Positions 19,801-28,764 are shown, counted from the first letter of the stretch. The stretch: DNA of 64,000 nt from an uncultured Ignavibacterium sp. (GCA_964436775.1 CAYTEN010000001.1:27261-91260), one strand, 5' to 3'. Program-made: numbers and translations. Notes: generated by a model not told the origin, from the sequence alone.

Positions 19801-19829
19801 CACTTAAGAAATTGAGGAAAGTACAATGA
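16815..19829 (+). CDS. Large (about 1000 aa) all-TPR / YbgF(CpoB)-like repeat protein, secreted
   Basis: Roughly 20 or more consecutive TPR-like units along the whole length. A signal peptide appears if translation starts at the ATG at 16854 ('MIKYLAVFILFALSPTMIQSQ'). Confidence 0.85.
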   Translation: MIFIHPNLFKGLSMIKYLAVFILFALSPTMIQSQTVSEKLDAAITAFHQQQYAQANRLFEEFFSDYKIIDEIFATAKYYSAESLLKLGRKDEAAITFEYLVTNYFWSNFRDKSLYNLGLIYYSESKYEKCRLRFKLLLRDYPESEFVGSSLYWIGESYSAENKLDEAIKFLEEAVADKRNNSFEDYSIYTLANVYEKTGDYNNAAKYYDMLLTYHKNSKLANSAQIRIGICYFKLKDYQSSILELKNPKLTNLPADVYSESLYLLATSYYRVQEYPDAEKTYLEVLNKFPSSQYIKECKYGLAWTYFQQKEYNDAFIQFDELSNGDDSLAIKSFFWKAECKRYLGKNDEAYNIYTQFLEKYPNDPLAKEVQYQIGVVYYNENNTDLASRYLLSANASNNDNIRAKAFTLLGEIELAKGNYREAKNYFEIVKDLNNIDEDVKNRSLIGLGIALYNLNDNKTAIKYLNYVDKQNPKFESQKLNFFLAENYFATGDFKNALSRYNQAVGDDKDLSAQTLYGKAYAYFNLGDYENSAYQFADYIKKYPNDKRTYDAKLRLADSYFGSKNFAAASKVYKELFSSNAKLNTDPYARYQYAQALYKSGKINDAIAEFTSIQEKFPTSEFADVSLYTVGWIYFQRGNFPEAISQYRIVTTKYPKTALEPIIYYSIGDAYFNIGKYDSAIVNYERVISQFPSSSYVFDAVNGIQSSYVAKENPEKAISFLGEFVSKNPNLSYSDQLLFKRGEIYYGLGKYELAKQAYKDFASTYPKSKFIPDAYYWIGKSAQSLSQNEEAIYNFNKVFENYKNSDLAASSILEIGNILKSDKKYDEAIKIYDSGVANLSKSQKIPELLFNKGQTLLEMKKIQEAYSVFDEVVMNYPETIFADNSKFELALIEIAAGRYANADSYLSALAEKRSDDIGAKSQYYYGLSLFNQAKYKEAITELIRVRTVFSRYDEWVTKSYLLLGDSYVKLNDKRNAAEMYRAVLAKHSGTSLGIEALKKLRKVQ

Positions 19830-21421
19830 AGCTTAATCTAATTCTAATATTTTTTGTTTTATCATTTTATGCGTTAGCACAAGATGAAAATCAAAAAAAT
19901 CCTAATGTTGAGCTACCTGATTTTGTTATAACTGGCACAAGCAAAGTTAGCATAAACAAGGTTGATAAGATAAAACCCGATTTTGTTTCTACAATTTCGG
20001 AAGAATTTTTAAAACCTTCCTTTTCACCGGAAGAGTTGCAAATTGGAGATTTCTCTAATCCAATAAAAAATGATATGAGTTTTTTGGATCAGGTAAATTA
20101 TTACAATGGAAATATCAGAGCAGGTATTGGAGTCTATACAATTCCTACTGTATGTGTTAACTATGCTCAACCATTTACAAATGGAATTATAGAGGGAATG
20201 TTTGATGGTGCCTTTACCAGAGCTTATGTTGATAATAGTGATAGATATAAAACAAGGGCAACATTTAATTTACTTTATTGGTCTGATATTGAAGGTCAAT
20301 ATTTCCCTGGGACTCAGTTTAATTTAAACGGGAATTATGGGACCACAAGCTTTAAATTTTTTGCATCTGATAATCCTGAAGAAAGAAGAAGTATTAACTC
20401 TGGTAAAATAGAGGCGGCAATTAAAAATGATTTTAACAGGAACTTTTTGTTTGGCTTAAGTTTTACAGATAATGTGTCAAATATTTCACAAGAGCAGTTC
20501 ACGGAAAATAGCATCAGGTTAAAAGGAGAAAGTCTAATTAAATTTTCTGCATTTAATCTTGGTGTGGCAGCAGATTATAGAAATCACTCAATCAAAAATC
20601 TTATTGGTGATAACTCTGGTAAAGATTTCTTCTTACTCAGACCAACGGCCGGATTTCTGTTTACAGAATTAATAAAAGGATCTTTTGGTTGGACTTTTTC
20701 GAGTGGTGCTGGGAACACATATAATGCACTTTATGCTTCCGCAGCAATAAAGCTAGATAAAAACCTTACACTATTTGGTGAGTATGCACCAACAGCGGAG
20801 TTTCAAAGTCCTGGCACTTTCTTATTAAAAAACAATTACTTTAAAGTTGATAGTATAGGAAGTATTTATTGGGAAAGAAAAAATTCATTTAACGCTATAA
20901 TTAAATATGAGTATGATACGTATTTCCAAATCGATGGAGGTTTCAATTATTTTTCTTCTGATAATTTTCCGTACTTCATAAATTCATCCGATTCTGGAAA
21001 ATTTGAATTAGATTATGGTAGTGTGGAAAGCATTAGTCCATTTGTGAATTTTTTATTTTATCTTGGGCCATCAGGCGAATTTTATAGTTCTTTAAAGTTT
21101 CCTAACGTTACATTTGATAATGGAAATGTAATCCCATATTCACCTAAGTTTGAAATAAATGCAACTTATTCTTACAAGTTTAGTCCTGAAATTAAAGGTT
21201 CTGCTAGACTTGATTATTTTTCAAAAAGATATTCTGATATAGAGAATAAAATATCCATTGGCGATTGTCTGGATTTGGGTTTATCCGTCATCTATACATT
21301 CAAACCTAATCTGGATTTTACACTTGATATCAATAACTTATTGAATCATAAAAATTATTTTTGGAATGGTTATAAAGAATTACCATTGGATGTTATTTTA
21401 GGAATAAATTATCGTTTGTAA
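19826..21421 (+). CDS. Predicted outer-membrane beta-barrel protein of unknown function
   Basis: Signal peptide 'MKLNLILIFFVLSFYALAQ' and alternating-hydrophobicity strands rich in G/Y/F/N. ATGA start/stop overlap with the TPR gene. Confidence 0.5.
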   Translation: MKLNLILIFFVLSFYALAQDENQKNPNVELPDFVITGTSKVSINKVDKIKPDFVSTISEEFLKPSFSPEELQIGDFSNPIKNDMSFLDQVNYYNGNIRAGIGVYTIPTVCVNYAQPFTNGIIEGMFDGAFTRAYVDNSDRYKTRATFNLLYWSDIEGQYFPGTQFNLNGNYGTTSFKFFASDNPEERRSINSGKIEAAIKNDFNRNFLFGLSFTDNVSNISQEQFTENSIRLKGESLIKFSAFNLGVAADYRNHSIKNLIGDNSGKDFFLLRPTAGFLFTELIKGSFGWTFSSGAGNTYNALYASAAIKLDKNLTLFGEYAPTAEFQSPGTFLLKNNYFKVDSIGSIYWERKNSFNAIIKYEYDTYFQIDGGFNYFSSDNFPYFINSSDSGKFELDYGSVESISPFVNFLFYLGPSGEFYSSLKFPNVTFDNGNVIPYSPKFEINATYSYKFSPEIKGSARLDYFSKRYSDIENKISIGDCLDLGLSVIYTFKPNLDFTLDINNLLNHKNYFWNGYKELPLDVILGINYRL

Positions 21422-21469
21422 TTTATTTGTAGAATTATAATTAGTTTTTAGTAATAGATATAACTCAAG

Positions 21470-23317
21470 ATGACAAAAGCAGAACTAATAATCAAATTTG
21501 CTAATACAGTTGGCATCAATGATGCAGATGCAAAAATATTTTTTGAGCTACTTTTAAAAAGATTGTCTGCCAACCTTAGATCAAGCCAATCAATTTATAT
21601 ACCTGAATTTGGTTATTTCCATCTGATCAAAGGTAAGATTAAAAAACCAGCTTCAGAGTTTGAGGGTATTGAAAACTCTGAAGAGCTGTTAGACATAATC
21701 CTTTATTCAGAAGAAGAAAAATTAAGTGAATCCGAAACAAAGGGATTTGTATTCAACGTTCCATTTACTGATGAAGATGATTATCAGGCTATTGATTCAT
21801 TTTTTAGTTTAAGTATTGGGAAACCCGTAATTCCGTTAAGAGGAGTTTTAACTGATAACAGTTATATACCCACATCTGGATATGACAATAGACGAATACT
21901 TGAGTTAAAAGTAGAAGAGATAATTGTCAAATCAAAAATAATCACTTCTGAAGAGCAATTTCCAAATCTGATTATAGATGCAAGGTCTTACAATTCTAAT
22001 GAAGTGAAATTGGAGAAGGACGAAGAAGATTTAGATCAATTGCTTTCTGATGATGAAATAGCCGATGGAAAAGAGGCAAAAACTGAAGAAGCAAATGTTG
22101 TCAAAAACATTGCTTGGGACTTCGGAGAAGATTTTTCGAAGAAAATTTCTGCTCAGTCTGTCTTTGAACTTGCGGATGAAAGAATAAATAATCCATCAAC
22201 GGAAAACGTGAATAAATTCGAATCTGAGAAAGAATTAGAAATTATAAAAGATGAAGAGAATATTCTTGATGAACTTTTAGAAAATGAAAAAGATAAGGAA
22301 GAGCAAAATTTAACATTGACTCCTAGTGAAATTGTTAAAAGCAAGGATTCTGAGCTGTCTGTGAATGATGTTGACCTGACTGAAACTGAAAAATTAATTG
22401 ATGATTTGAACAAATTTGAAGAAGTTAAATCTGACAGTACTGATAAAAAAAATGCAGAGGAAGAAATTTCAGATGAGGAATTCTGGAAAACAGCTTCAAA
22501 ATATTTTGAAACTTATAATCCTCAAGAAATGCCATCAGATCAAACCAACGAATTTACAGAGGTTAAATCGACAGCATCTAATCTTGGGGCATTTAAATCA
22601 AAGGAAAGTAAAATAAAACTTATTGCTGATGAGGATAATGTTGAGTCAATTGTTGATGAAAATTTAGAAGAACCTATTGATGACTCCTCGACAGAAAATG
22701 ATGATATTAATATCAAAACTAAAAGAAAAGGGAAGAAGTGGATATTTATTGTATTGCCTATATTAATCATTTGTGCAGCGGCTGCCTATTATTGGTATTC
22801 ACAGATCAATAAGAACAGTGCCAATAAAATTAATAATACTGAGCTATCACTAAATTCCAATAAAGCAAATATTATTGAGCGGGATTATAAAATCCCTATA
22901 ACTTATCCATATTTACCCGAAAATACTGTTGCTGAAAATAAAATTGTTCAAGACAAGAAAATTAGCTCAGAAGAAACACCTCTTACTGATTCTAAAAAAC
23001 CCGAAGTTGAAAATGAGAAATCGCAACCACATAAAAATGAGATAAAACTCAATACGAAAAATTTAGTTCCGAAAGGTAGCCCGGTAAGCGTTGGTAATAA
23101 CATTTATAAATATGGGGAAATTTATGTTGTTCAGGTTGCATCATTCAGATCAAAATCGATTGCTGAGAATGAAGCTGGCAGATACAGGAACAAAGGTTAT
23201 AATTCTTTTGTAGAACCAGTTGAAATTTCAGGAAAAGGGTTGTGGTACAGAATAAAGGTTGGTAATTTTTCATCAACAATGGATGCTAAAGAGTTTATTT
23301 CTAAAAATAATCGATAA
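21470..23317 (+). CDS. HU-like N-terminal domain / acidic linker / TM / C-terminal SPOR domain protein
   Basis: 'MTKAELIIKFANTVGINDADAKIFFELLLKRL' is HU/IHF-like. Long D/E/K-rich low-complexity region, TM 'WIFIVLPILIICAAAAYYWY', and SPOR-like 'VVQVASFRSKSIAENEAGRYRNKGYNSFVEPV...LWYRIKVGNFSS..DAKEF'. Confidence 0.75.
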   Translation: MTKAELIIKFANTVGINDADAKIFFELLLKRLSANLRSSQSIYIPEFGYFHLIKGKIKKPASEFEGIENSEELLDIILYSEEEKLSESETKGFVFNVPFTDEDDYQAIDSFFSLSIGKPVIPLRGVLTDNSYIPTSGYDNRRILELKVEEIIVKSKIITSEEQFPNLIIDARSYNSNEVKLEKDEEDLDQLLSDDEIADGKEAKTEEANVVKNIAWDFGEDFSKKISAQSVFELADERINNPSTENVNKFESEKELEIIKDEENILDELLENEKDKEEQNLTLTPSEIVKSKDSELSVNDVDLTETEKLIDDLNKFEEVKSDSTDKKNAEEEISDEEFWKTASKYFETYNPQEMPSDQTNEFTEVKSTASNLGAFKSKESKIKLIADEDNVESIVDENLEEPIDDSSTENDDINIKTKRKGKKWIFIVLPILIICAAAAYYWYSQINKNSANKINNTELSLNSNKANIIERDYKIPITYPYLPENTVAENKIVQDKKISSEETPLTDSKKPEVENEKSQPHKNEIKLNTKNLVPKGSPVSVGNNIYKYGEIYVVQVASFRSKSIAENEAGRYRNKGYNSFVEPVEISGKGLWYRIKVGNFSSTMDAKEFISKNNR

Positions 23318-23338
23318 TTCAAACATAGAAGGATAAAT

Positions 23339-23995
23339 ATGAATTTATTAAATATTTTCTTAAAAGGTGGCACCATAATGTGGTTTATACTGTTAAGCTC
23401 AATCATTGGGTTGGCAGTAGTGATAGACCGTTTCATTGTCTTGCGTAAAGCCAAGATAAATGTTCCAGCTTTTATGGTAAGGATAAGAGGCTTTATAAAG
23501 AAAAAAGATATTTCTGGCGCAATCAGTTATTGTATGCAGGAAAAATCTCCTGTTGCAAATATTGTTCGCAAAGGATTGAAGAAATACAAATTTGGGCATG
23601 ACAGAGTTAAGGACGCGATTGAAAATGCTGGTAGTCAGGAAATAAGCAAACTGGAAAAAGGCTTACCGGTTCTTGCTAGTGTTGCGGGTATTGCACCTTT
23701 ACTTGGATTCCTAGGAACAGTAACTGGAATGATTTCTGCTTTTATGACAATTCAGGATCTTGCAGGCGCTGCAAATCCAAGTGATCTGGCTGGTGGAATT
23801 TGGGAAGCGCTAATCACAACTGCATTTGGGTTGATAGTTGGTATCCCTGCATTGGCATTGTACAACTACTTCCTCAGTGCAGTAAAAAAATTAGTTGGTG
23901 AGATGGAAACAGTTGCAAATGATGTTATTGATGTGATACAAGAAGGTGGGAAAGATGATGTTGATATTGATGATGAAATTGAAATGGAATTATAG
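23339..23995 (+). CDS. exbB: MotA/TolQ/ExbB proton-channel protein
   Basis: 'LASVAGIAPLLGFLGTVTGMISAF' and 'ALITTAFGLIVGIPAL' are canonical ExbB/TolQ motifs. Confidence 0.9.
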   Translation: MNLLNIFLKGGTIMWFILLSSIIGLAVVIDRFIVLRKAKINVPAFMVRIRGFIKKKDISGAISYCMQEKSPVANIVRKGLKKYKFGHDRVKDAIENAGSQEISKLEKGLPVLASVAGIAPLLGFLGTVTGMISAFMTIQDLAGAANPSDLAGGIWEALITTAFGLIVGIPALALYNYFLSAVKKLVGEMETVANDVIDVIQEGGKDDVDIDDEIEMEL

Positions 23996-24002
23996 GTAAG
24001 AT

Positions 24003-24407
24003 ATGAAATTTAAAACTTCAAATGAACCAATGAGCATTTTTGCTTATTCGTCATTAACAGATATTGTTATGCTTCTACTAATCTTCTTTTTGCTTACTTC
24101 ACAGTTTGTTATTCAAACGGGTGTTAAGGTTAAATTACCCGGTTCAAAAATGAATGATAAATCAGAACCATCTACAATGATTGTTACCTTAACTTCTGGT
24201 GGAGGAGTATACGCCGGTGAAGATGAGATTAGCATTGATCAACTACCTGCTAAGCTTGGTGAGTTGAAATCCCAAACAAATCAGGATAATTTAATTATCA
24301 GAGCTGATAAAACAGTTGCAATAGACTTGGTTATTAAAGTTATAGATGCAGCAAAAATTTCTAATATAGATAAATTTACAATAGAGACTGAAAAAGAAAG
24401 CCCTTAA
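24003..24407 (+). CDS. exbD: ExbD/TolR biopolymer transport protein
   Basis: 'LTDIVMLLLIFFLLTS' TM with conserved Asp, followed by a periplasmic domain 'IIRADKTVAIDLVIKVIDAAK'. Confidence 0.9.
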   Translation: MKFKTSNEPMSIFAYSSLTDIVMLLLIFFLLTSQFVIQTGVKVKLPGSKMNDKSEPSTMIVTLTSGGGVYAGEDEISIDQLPAKLGELKSQTNQDNLIIRADKTVAIDLVIKVIDAAKISNIDKFTIETEKESP

Positions 24408-24408
24408 A

Positions 24409-25113
24409 ATGTATTTGTCAAATCAAAATATTACAAGAGTATCTTATTCAGCTTCTCTTTTATTCCATATTATACTTCTATTACTTTTTTTAATAATTAA
24501 TTTTTCTATTGATTATAAACCAAAAAATTATGTGGAGCTTTCTTTTGGTATTTTGGGTGAGCAAGGTTCATCTGGGGCAATTGGCGATCAACTTAATAAA
24601 ACTGAAGAATTGGCAAAACCTCAACAAGAAACTGTAACTGAAAATAAAAGTAAAGAAGTAAAGGAAGTCGAACTTCCCAAAGCAAAGAATATTGAAAAGG
24701 AAAATGTTATTGTTCCGGCAAAAAAAGATAAAGAAGTAAAAAAGGAAACTAAAAAAGAAAATACAAAGCAGGAAAATTCAAATACTTCAAACACTGGACA
24801 GGGAAATCTTGCAAAAGGTGAGGGAAGCTTTGGTTTTGATATTCAATGGGGAGGAAGTGGGACAAGGAAAATTTATAGTTACAGTTTACCCGATTATCCT
24901 GAAGGTGTTAATAAAGAAATAGATATTAAACTAAAGTTTACTATTAAACCAGATGGAACTGTAGGTTCAATATTCCTTTTATCAAAAGCAGATACTAGAT
25001 TAGAAAATGCGGCTATAAATTCTTTGTGGCAATGGCGTTTTGAACCACTTTCCGGAACTCAGCAGCAGGCGGATCAGTCAGCAGTTATAGTTTTCCCGTA
25101 TCGACTGAATTAG
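24409..25113 (+). CDS. tonB: TonB/TolA-like energy transducer
   Basis: N-terminal TM, K/E/P-rich spacer, and TonB_C-like 'YPEGVNKEIDIKLKFTIKPDGTVGSI...NAAINSLWQWRFEP'. Confidence 0.8.
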   Translation: MYLSNQNITRVSYSASLLFHIILLLLFLIINFSIDYKPKNYVELSFGILGEQGSSGAIGDQLNKTEELAKPQQETVTENKSKEVKEVELPKAKNIEKENVIVPAKKDKEVKKETKKENTKQENSNTSNTGQGNLAKGEGSFGFDIQWGGSGTRKIYSYSLPDYPEGVNKEIDIKLKFTIKPDGTVGSIFLLSKADTRLENAAINSLWQWRFEPLSGTQQQADQSAVIVFPYRLN

Positions 25114-25384
25114 GTTCTTCTCTATAATAAAACCTGTAAAAGAAAAATTCTACTATTGATAAAATTGTAAGTGAAAATGTGTCGCGATCGAATTGAATAC
25201 CCAATCCTTTTGGTTCCAAAACTAATTTTGCCACTATTCCTGAAATCGTCCAACCAACCGTAAATAATATAGCAATCAAAACAACATTTAATAATCCGGC
25301 AGAAGTGCTTTCATCCTGCCATTTCTTTGTAAATATGACGAGTGCAAAAATAAAATGTGCCGAAAAAATAAAAGCAGTTATCAC
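25085..25384 (-). CDS. Small integral membrane protein (3 predicted TM), unknown function
   Basis: Hydrophobic segments only. Last gene of a minus-strand four-gene string. Confidence 0.45.
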   Translation of the reverse strand: MITAFIFSAHFIFALVIFTKKWQDESTSAGLLNVVLIAILFTVGWTISGIVAKLVLEPKGLGIQFDRDTFSLTILSIVEFFFYRFYYREEPNSVDTGKL

Positions 25385-25398
25385 AATTAATCGCCTTC

Positions 25399-25899
25399 TT
25401 ATTTTAGATTACGGTTCGCAAGACGAACGCCAAGAATACCACCAAGCATTCCGAATAAAGAATTGATTAAAAAATTACTGAAGAAAATCAGTACTAGATA
25501 TAATACAGAAAAGCCGGAATTTTCAATCTGTTTAGCCATACCTTTCATCAACTTTAAGGAATCATCTATGAGTGGCCCTAAATTCCATTGTCTCATAATC
25601 AATTCAGACTGTGGTAAACTTTGAATAAAATCATTTGTCTTTGCAAAATAAGTTACCAGCATTTCAAATAATGTAATGAAAATGGTAGCAACAACTCCGG
25701 TTAAAAAACCAAATCCCACACCTTTGCTGATGATAACCTTTTCTGTAGAGTGAGTGATTTTTTTATCAAGAAAGATTGCAAATACAGCAGCACCTGGAAT
25801 TAATAAACAACAACTAAAATTTTTTATACCAGGGACAGTTGCTAAAACTGCAGCTCCAAATCCGCACACAATTGCTGGTAAATATTTTCTAATGTTCAT
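25399..25899 (-). CDS. Integral membrane protein, unknown function
   Basis: Four to five hydrophobic helices. Start overlaps the stop of the upstream DUF2085 gene. Confidence 0.5.
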   Translation of the reverse strand: MNIRKYLPAIVCGFGAAVLATVPGIKNFSCCLLIPGAAVFAIFLDKKITHSTEKVIISKGVGFGFLTGVVATIFITLFEMLVTYFAKTNDFIQSLPQSELIMRQWNLGPLIDDSLKLMKGMAKQIENSGFSVLYLVLIFFSNFLINSLFGMLGGILGVRLANRNLK

Positions 25900-26378
25900 T
25901 ATTTAAAATCTATTTTTCTGTAAAGAGAAATTTCAATCGCATTCAAAATATAAAGAAATACAGCTGAACCGAAAAGAATGCCAGTAAAGACAGCAATGAT
26001 TTTATTGTATCCATATATACCAATAGAATACAAAATTACATCTGTTAGCACTGGGATTGATAAAAAGAACAATGTAGCAGTTTTTATTTGAATATTAGTT
26101 TTAATAAATAGTAAAATAAAAGATGTTATCAATACAGAGAAATATATTCCCGTGCATCTTGAGCAAACTAAAAATGGAGTATTACTGCAAGTAAAAGATT
26201 TTTCTAAAGTTTGATGGCAAACAGTTGAATATCCGAGTTTAAGATATGGATAAACTGAATGAAGTAAATTAATGTTAAGGCAAGGTGAGATAATTCCAAT
26301 AAAACAAATTAGCGCAACTACAAATAAAAATAATCTAATAAAAAATCTAATCCTAAGATGTTCGATAGATCTTTCCAA
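25899..26378 (-). CDS. DUF2085-like membrane protein
   Basis: 'CHQTLEKSF' ... 'VCSRCTGIYF' Cys/His pattern between TM helices, as in DUF2085. Confidence 0.65.
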   Translation of the reverse strand: MERSIEHLRIRFFIRLFLFVVALICFIGIISPCLNINLLHSVYPYLKLGYSTVCHQTLEKSFTCSNTPFLVCSRCTGIYFSVLITSFILLFIKTNIQIKTATLFFLSIPVLTDVILYSIGIYGYNKIIAVFTGILFGSAVFLYILNAIEISLYRKIDFK

Positions 26379-26387
26379 GATTGATTA

Positions 26388-27239
26388 TTATAAAACTTTA
26401 TTAAAGATTAGTATGGAATTGCTTGAAAGAACGAATAGTCTGTTGTTGAAAATCATTGATGATATTATTTCTGGTGACTCTTCCAACCCAAGCAATTTGA
26501 GTGCAGATAATTTTTTATCATCCAAGTCAAGGTTACTGTAATAAATTTCTTTATTTGAAGTAACAGTTAAATTATTAAACAATATCCTGATGCTGTTAAG
26601 ATTTACTCCGCAATCAATTTTTTGGATTCCATTTCCGTATTGATCAAACACAACAATATAATCTTCATCAATTATAAATACATAATTGTTTGATGCAATT
26701 GCCATTTGCAGCGGGTTGATAAGCATAAAATTACCTGCATCAAAACCGCCAAAGTTTTGCTGAAAGTTTCCAAAAATATCAAACTTCAGTGCTCTATTAT
26801 TTTCAGAATCTATTAAATAAAGATCACCCTGATTTGAAGTAGCACAGCTCAAAGGATAACCAAAAATCTCTTGAGAGTTATCACTGTCGCGCGTGTAAAG
26901 CGAAGAAACATAATTTAGATTTTTATCAAACCTTTTAATCCGGTGATTGTTTTTATCCGCAATATATACAGTAAGTGGATCCGCAAAAACATCTGTTGGA
27001 TCATCAAATGAATTTTGAGTCCAGCCATAACCACCAAAAGTTTTAATCATATTCCCTAAGGTGTCTAATAAATAAACTTCATTATTACGGTTATCTGTTA
27101 CATAAACTAATCCATTCGCCGTTATATAAAATGATGAGGCATGATTAAATTTTCCAATAGATTCAGTAAACTCAAAACTTTGTGTGTATGAAACTGAAGA
27201 TATTAGAATAAAAAGTAAAAATAATTTTTTCATTAACAA
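26388..27239 (-). CDS. Secreted NHL-repeat (six-bladed beta-propeller) protein
   Basis: Signal peptide and repeated 'P.dV..D....vYIaD..NhRI..fD..gn' units, for example 'VYVTDNRNNEVYLLDTLGN', 'VYIADKNNHRIKRFDKNLN' and 'LYLIDSENNRALKFDIFGN'. Confidence 0.75.
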   Translation of the reverse strand: MLMKKLFLLFILISSVSYTQSFEFTESIGKFNHASSFYITANGLVYVTDNRNNEVYLLDTLGNMIKTFGGYGWTQNSFDDPTDVFADPLTVYIADKNNHRIKRFDKNLNYVSSLYTRDSDNSQEIFGYPLSCATSNQGDLYLIDSENNRALKFDIFGNFQQNFGGFDAGNFMLINPLQMAIASNNYVFIIDEDYIVVFDQYGNGIQKIDCGVNLNSIRILFNNLTVTSNKEIYYSNLDLDDKKLSALKLLGLEESPEIISSMIFNNRLFVLSSNSILIFNKVL

Positions 27240-27482
27240 TAACTTTTATTGTGTTACTTAATTTAAGTCAAGATGTCTATTAATCTCAAGTAAAAATTTG
27301 ATTTAAGAATCTGCTTTAAAATAGATTCAAATAATTAGAAATTTAGTATTATATATTTATCATTACTTAATAAATTCTCAGGTTTATGGAGTTTTTAACT
27401 TTAATAATATAAGATTGTTATTATTTAATCTTATTTTTCCGACAGAATAAATTTGGATCTTGTACAAAATGTCAGGACACAG

Positions 27483-28622
27483 ATGCCACGAACTACTGAG
27501 AAAAATAAAATCTTATTAAACGCAAGAATTTTTCTCCCGCTAATTATCACATTTTCTTTTCTCTTTTTAGGGTGGGGATACATAGGCCATAGAATTATAA
27601 ATTATAACACTATTTTTTCTGCACTTCCGAAAATGCCATTCTTTGAAACGTGGGCGGATTTGCTCGCAGCTCACGCGTCAGATGCAGATTACAGGAAATC
27701 AAGTGATCCGACTGAAGGGCCAAAACATTATATCGATATTGATAATTATGCGGAATTTATCTCAACTGGAACCATTCCACAAAACTATGATTCATTAGTT
27801 GCTAAACATGGATTGACATTTGTAATAGCACAGGGCACTCTTCCATGGGCTATATTAAACACTACCGATTCCCTGCAGGCAGCTTTCGCAAGAAATGACA
27901 TGAACAAAGCAATGTTATTTGCGGCGGACCTTGGTCATTATATTGCGGATGCCCATATGCCCTTACATATAACCAAAAATTTTAATGGTCAGTATTCAGG
28001 TCAGAACGGTGTGCATTCTCGTTACGAAACAAATTTGATTGGGCAATTCCAAAACCAGATAATTTACGATGGTGATAGTCTAAAATATATAGACAATTTA
28101 CCTGATTATATCTTTAATATGCTTTATGATAATTATTTTTATGTGGATTCAGTTTTATATGCTGATGCAGCCGCAAAAACATTTGCCGGCAACAATGTGG
28201 ATGGTGTTTATTATAATAAATTATGGGAGATTTCAAAAAATTATACTATAGATTTATTTAAGAAAGCTTCTTATAAATTAGCCTGTGTAATTTATACTGC
28301 ATGGATTAATGCCGGAGGCTCGCGAGCAGGAATTACGAAAAATAAAAATAATTTATTATCAGGTTTTTCATTAGCACAAAATTATCCTAATCCTTTTAAT
28401 CCAAGTACAATGATTAGTTATAAGTTACCTATTGGCACCGTAACCACACTTAAAGTATTTAATATTCTAGGAAAGGAAGTAACTACGCTTGTTGATGAAT
28501 ACAAAGCTTCCGGCGATTATGAAATGGCATTAGATGCGGAAGCATTACCAAGTGGAGTTTATTTTTATCAACTAATAGCTGGAGATTATTTAAGCACAAA
28601 GAAAATGATACTGTTGAAATGA
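27483..28622 (+). CDS. S1/P1 nuclease-like (zinc phospholipase C fold) protein with T9SS C-terminal sorting domain
   Basis: 'GWGYIGHRII', 'PKHYIDIDNY' and 'ADAHMPLHIT' resemble S1/P1 nuclease metal sites. C-terminal 'LAQNYPNPFNPSTMISYKLP...GVYFYQLIAGDYLSTKKMILLK' is a Por_Secre_tail. ATG at 27483 is preferred over the TTG at 27453. Confidence 0.7.
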   Translation: MPRTTEKNKILLNARIFLPLIITFSFLFLGWGYIGHRIINYNTIFSALPKMPFFETWADLLAAHASDADYRKSSDPTEGPKHYIDIDNYAEFISTGTIPQNYDSLVAKHGLTFVIAQGTLPWAILNTTDSLQAAFARNDMNKAMLFAADLGHYIADAHMPLHITKNFNGQYSGQNGVHSRYETNLIGQFQNQIIYDGDSLKYIDNLPDYIFNMLYDNYFYVDSVLYADAAAKTFAGNNVDGVYYNKLWEISKNYTIDLFKKASYKLACVIYTAWINAGGSRAGITKNKNNLLSGFSLAQNYPNPFNPSTMISYKLPIGTVTTLKVFNILGKEVTTLVDEYKASGDYEMALDAEALPSGVYFYQLIAGDYLSTKKMILLK

Positions 28623-28764
28623 AAATGAATCCTGAATTTTAAGAATTAGTACTCTTTTGTTATTAGTCTTGTATATAATTTAATATACTCGTTATAATTT
28701 CTAAATTGCATTTATATAGTGCCTTCGATATATTTCGATCCGAAAATTGTAATAAAAATCAAAT

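Noticed and set aside
26272-26541. 89-aa plus-strand ORF
   Set aside because: It overlaps the junction of the minus-strand DUF2085 and NHL genes and has no motif support.
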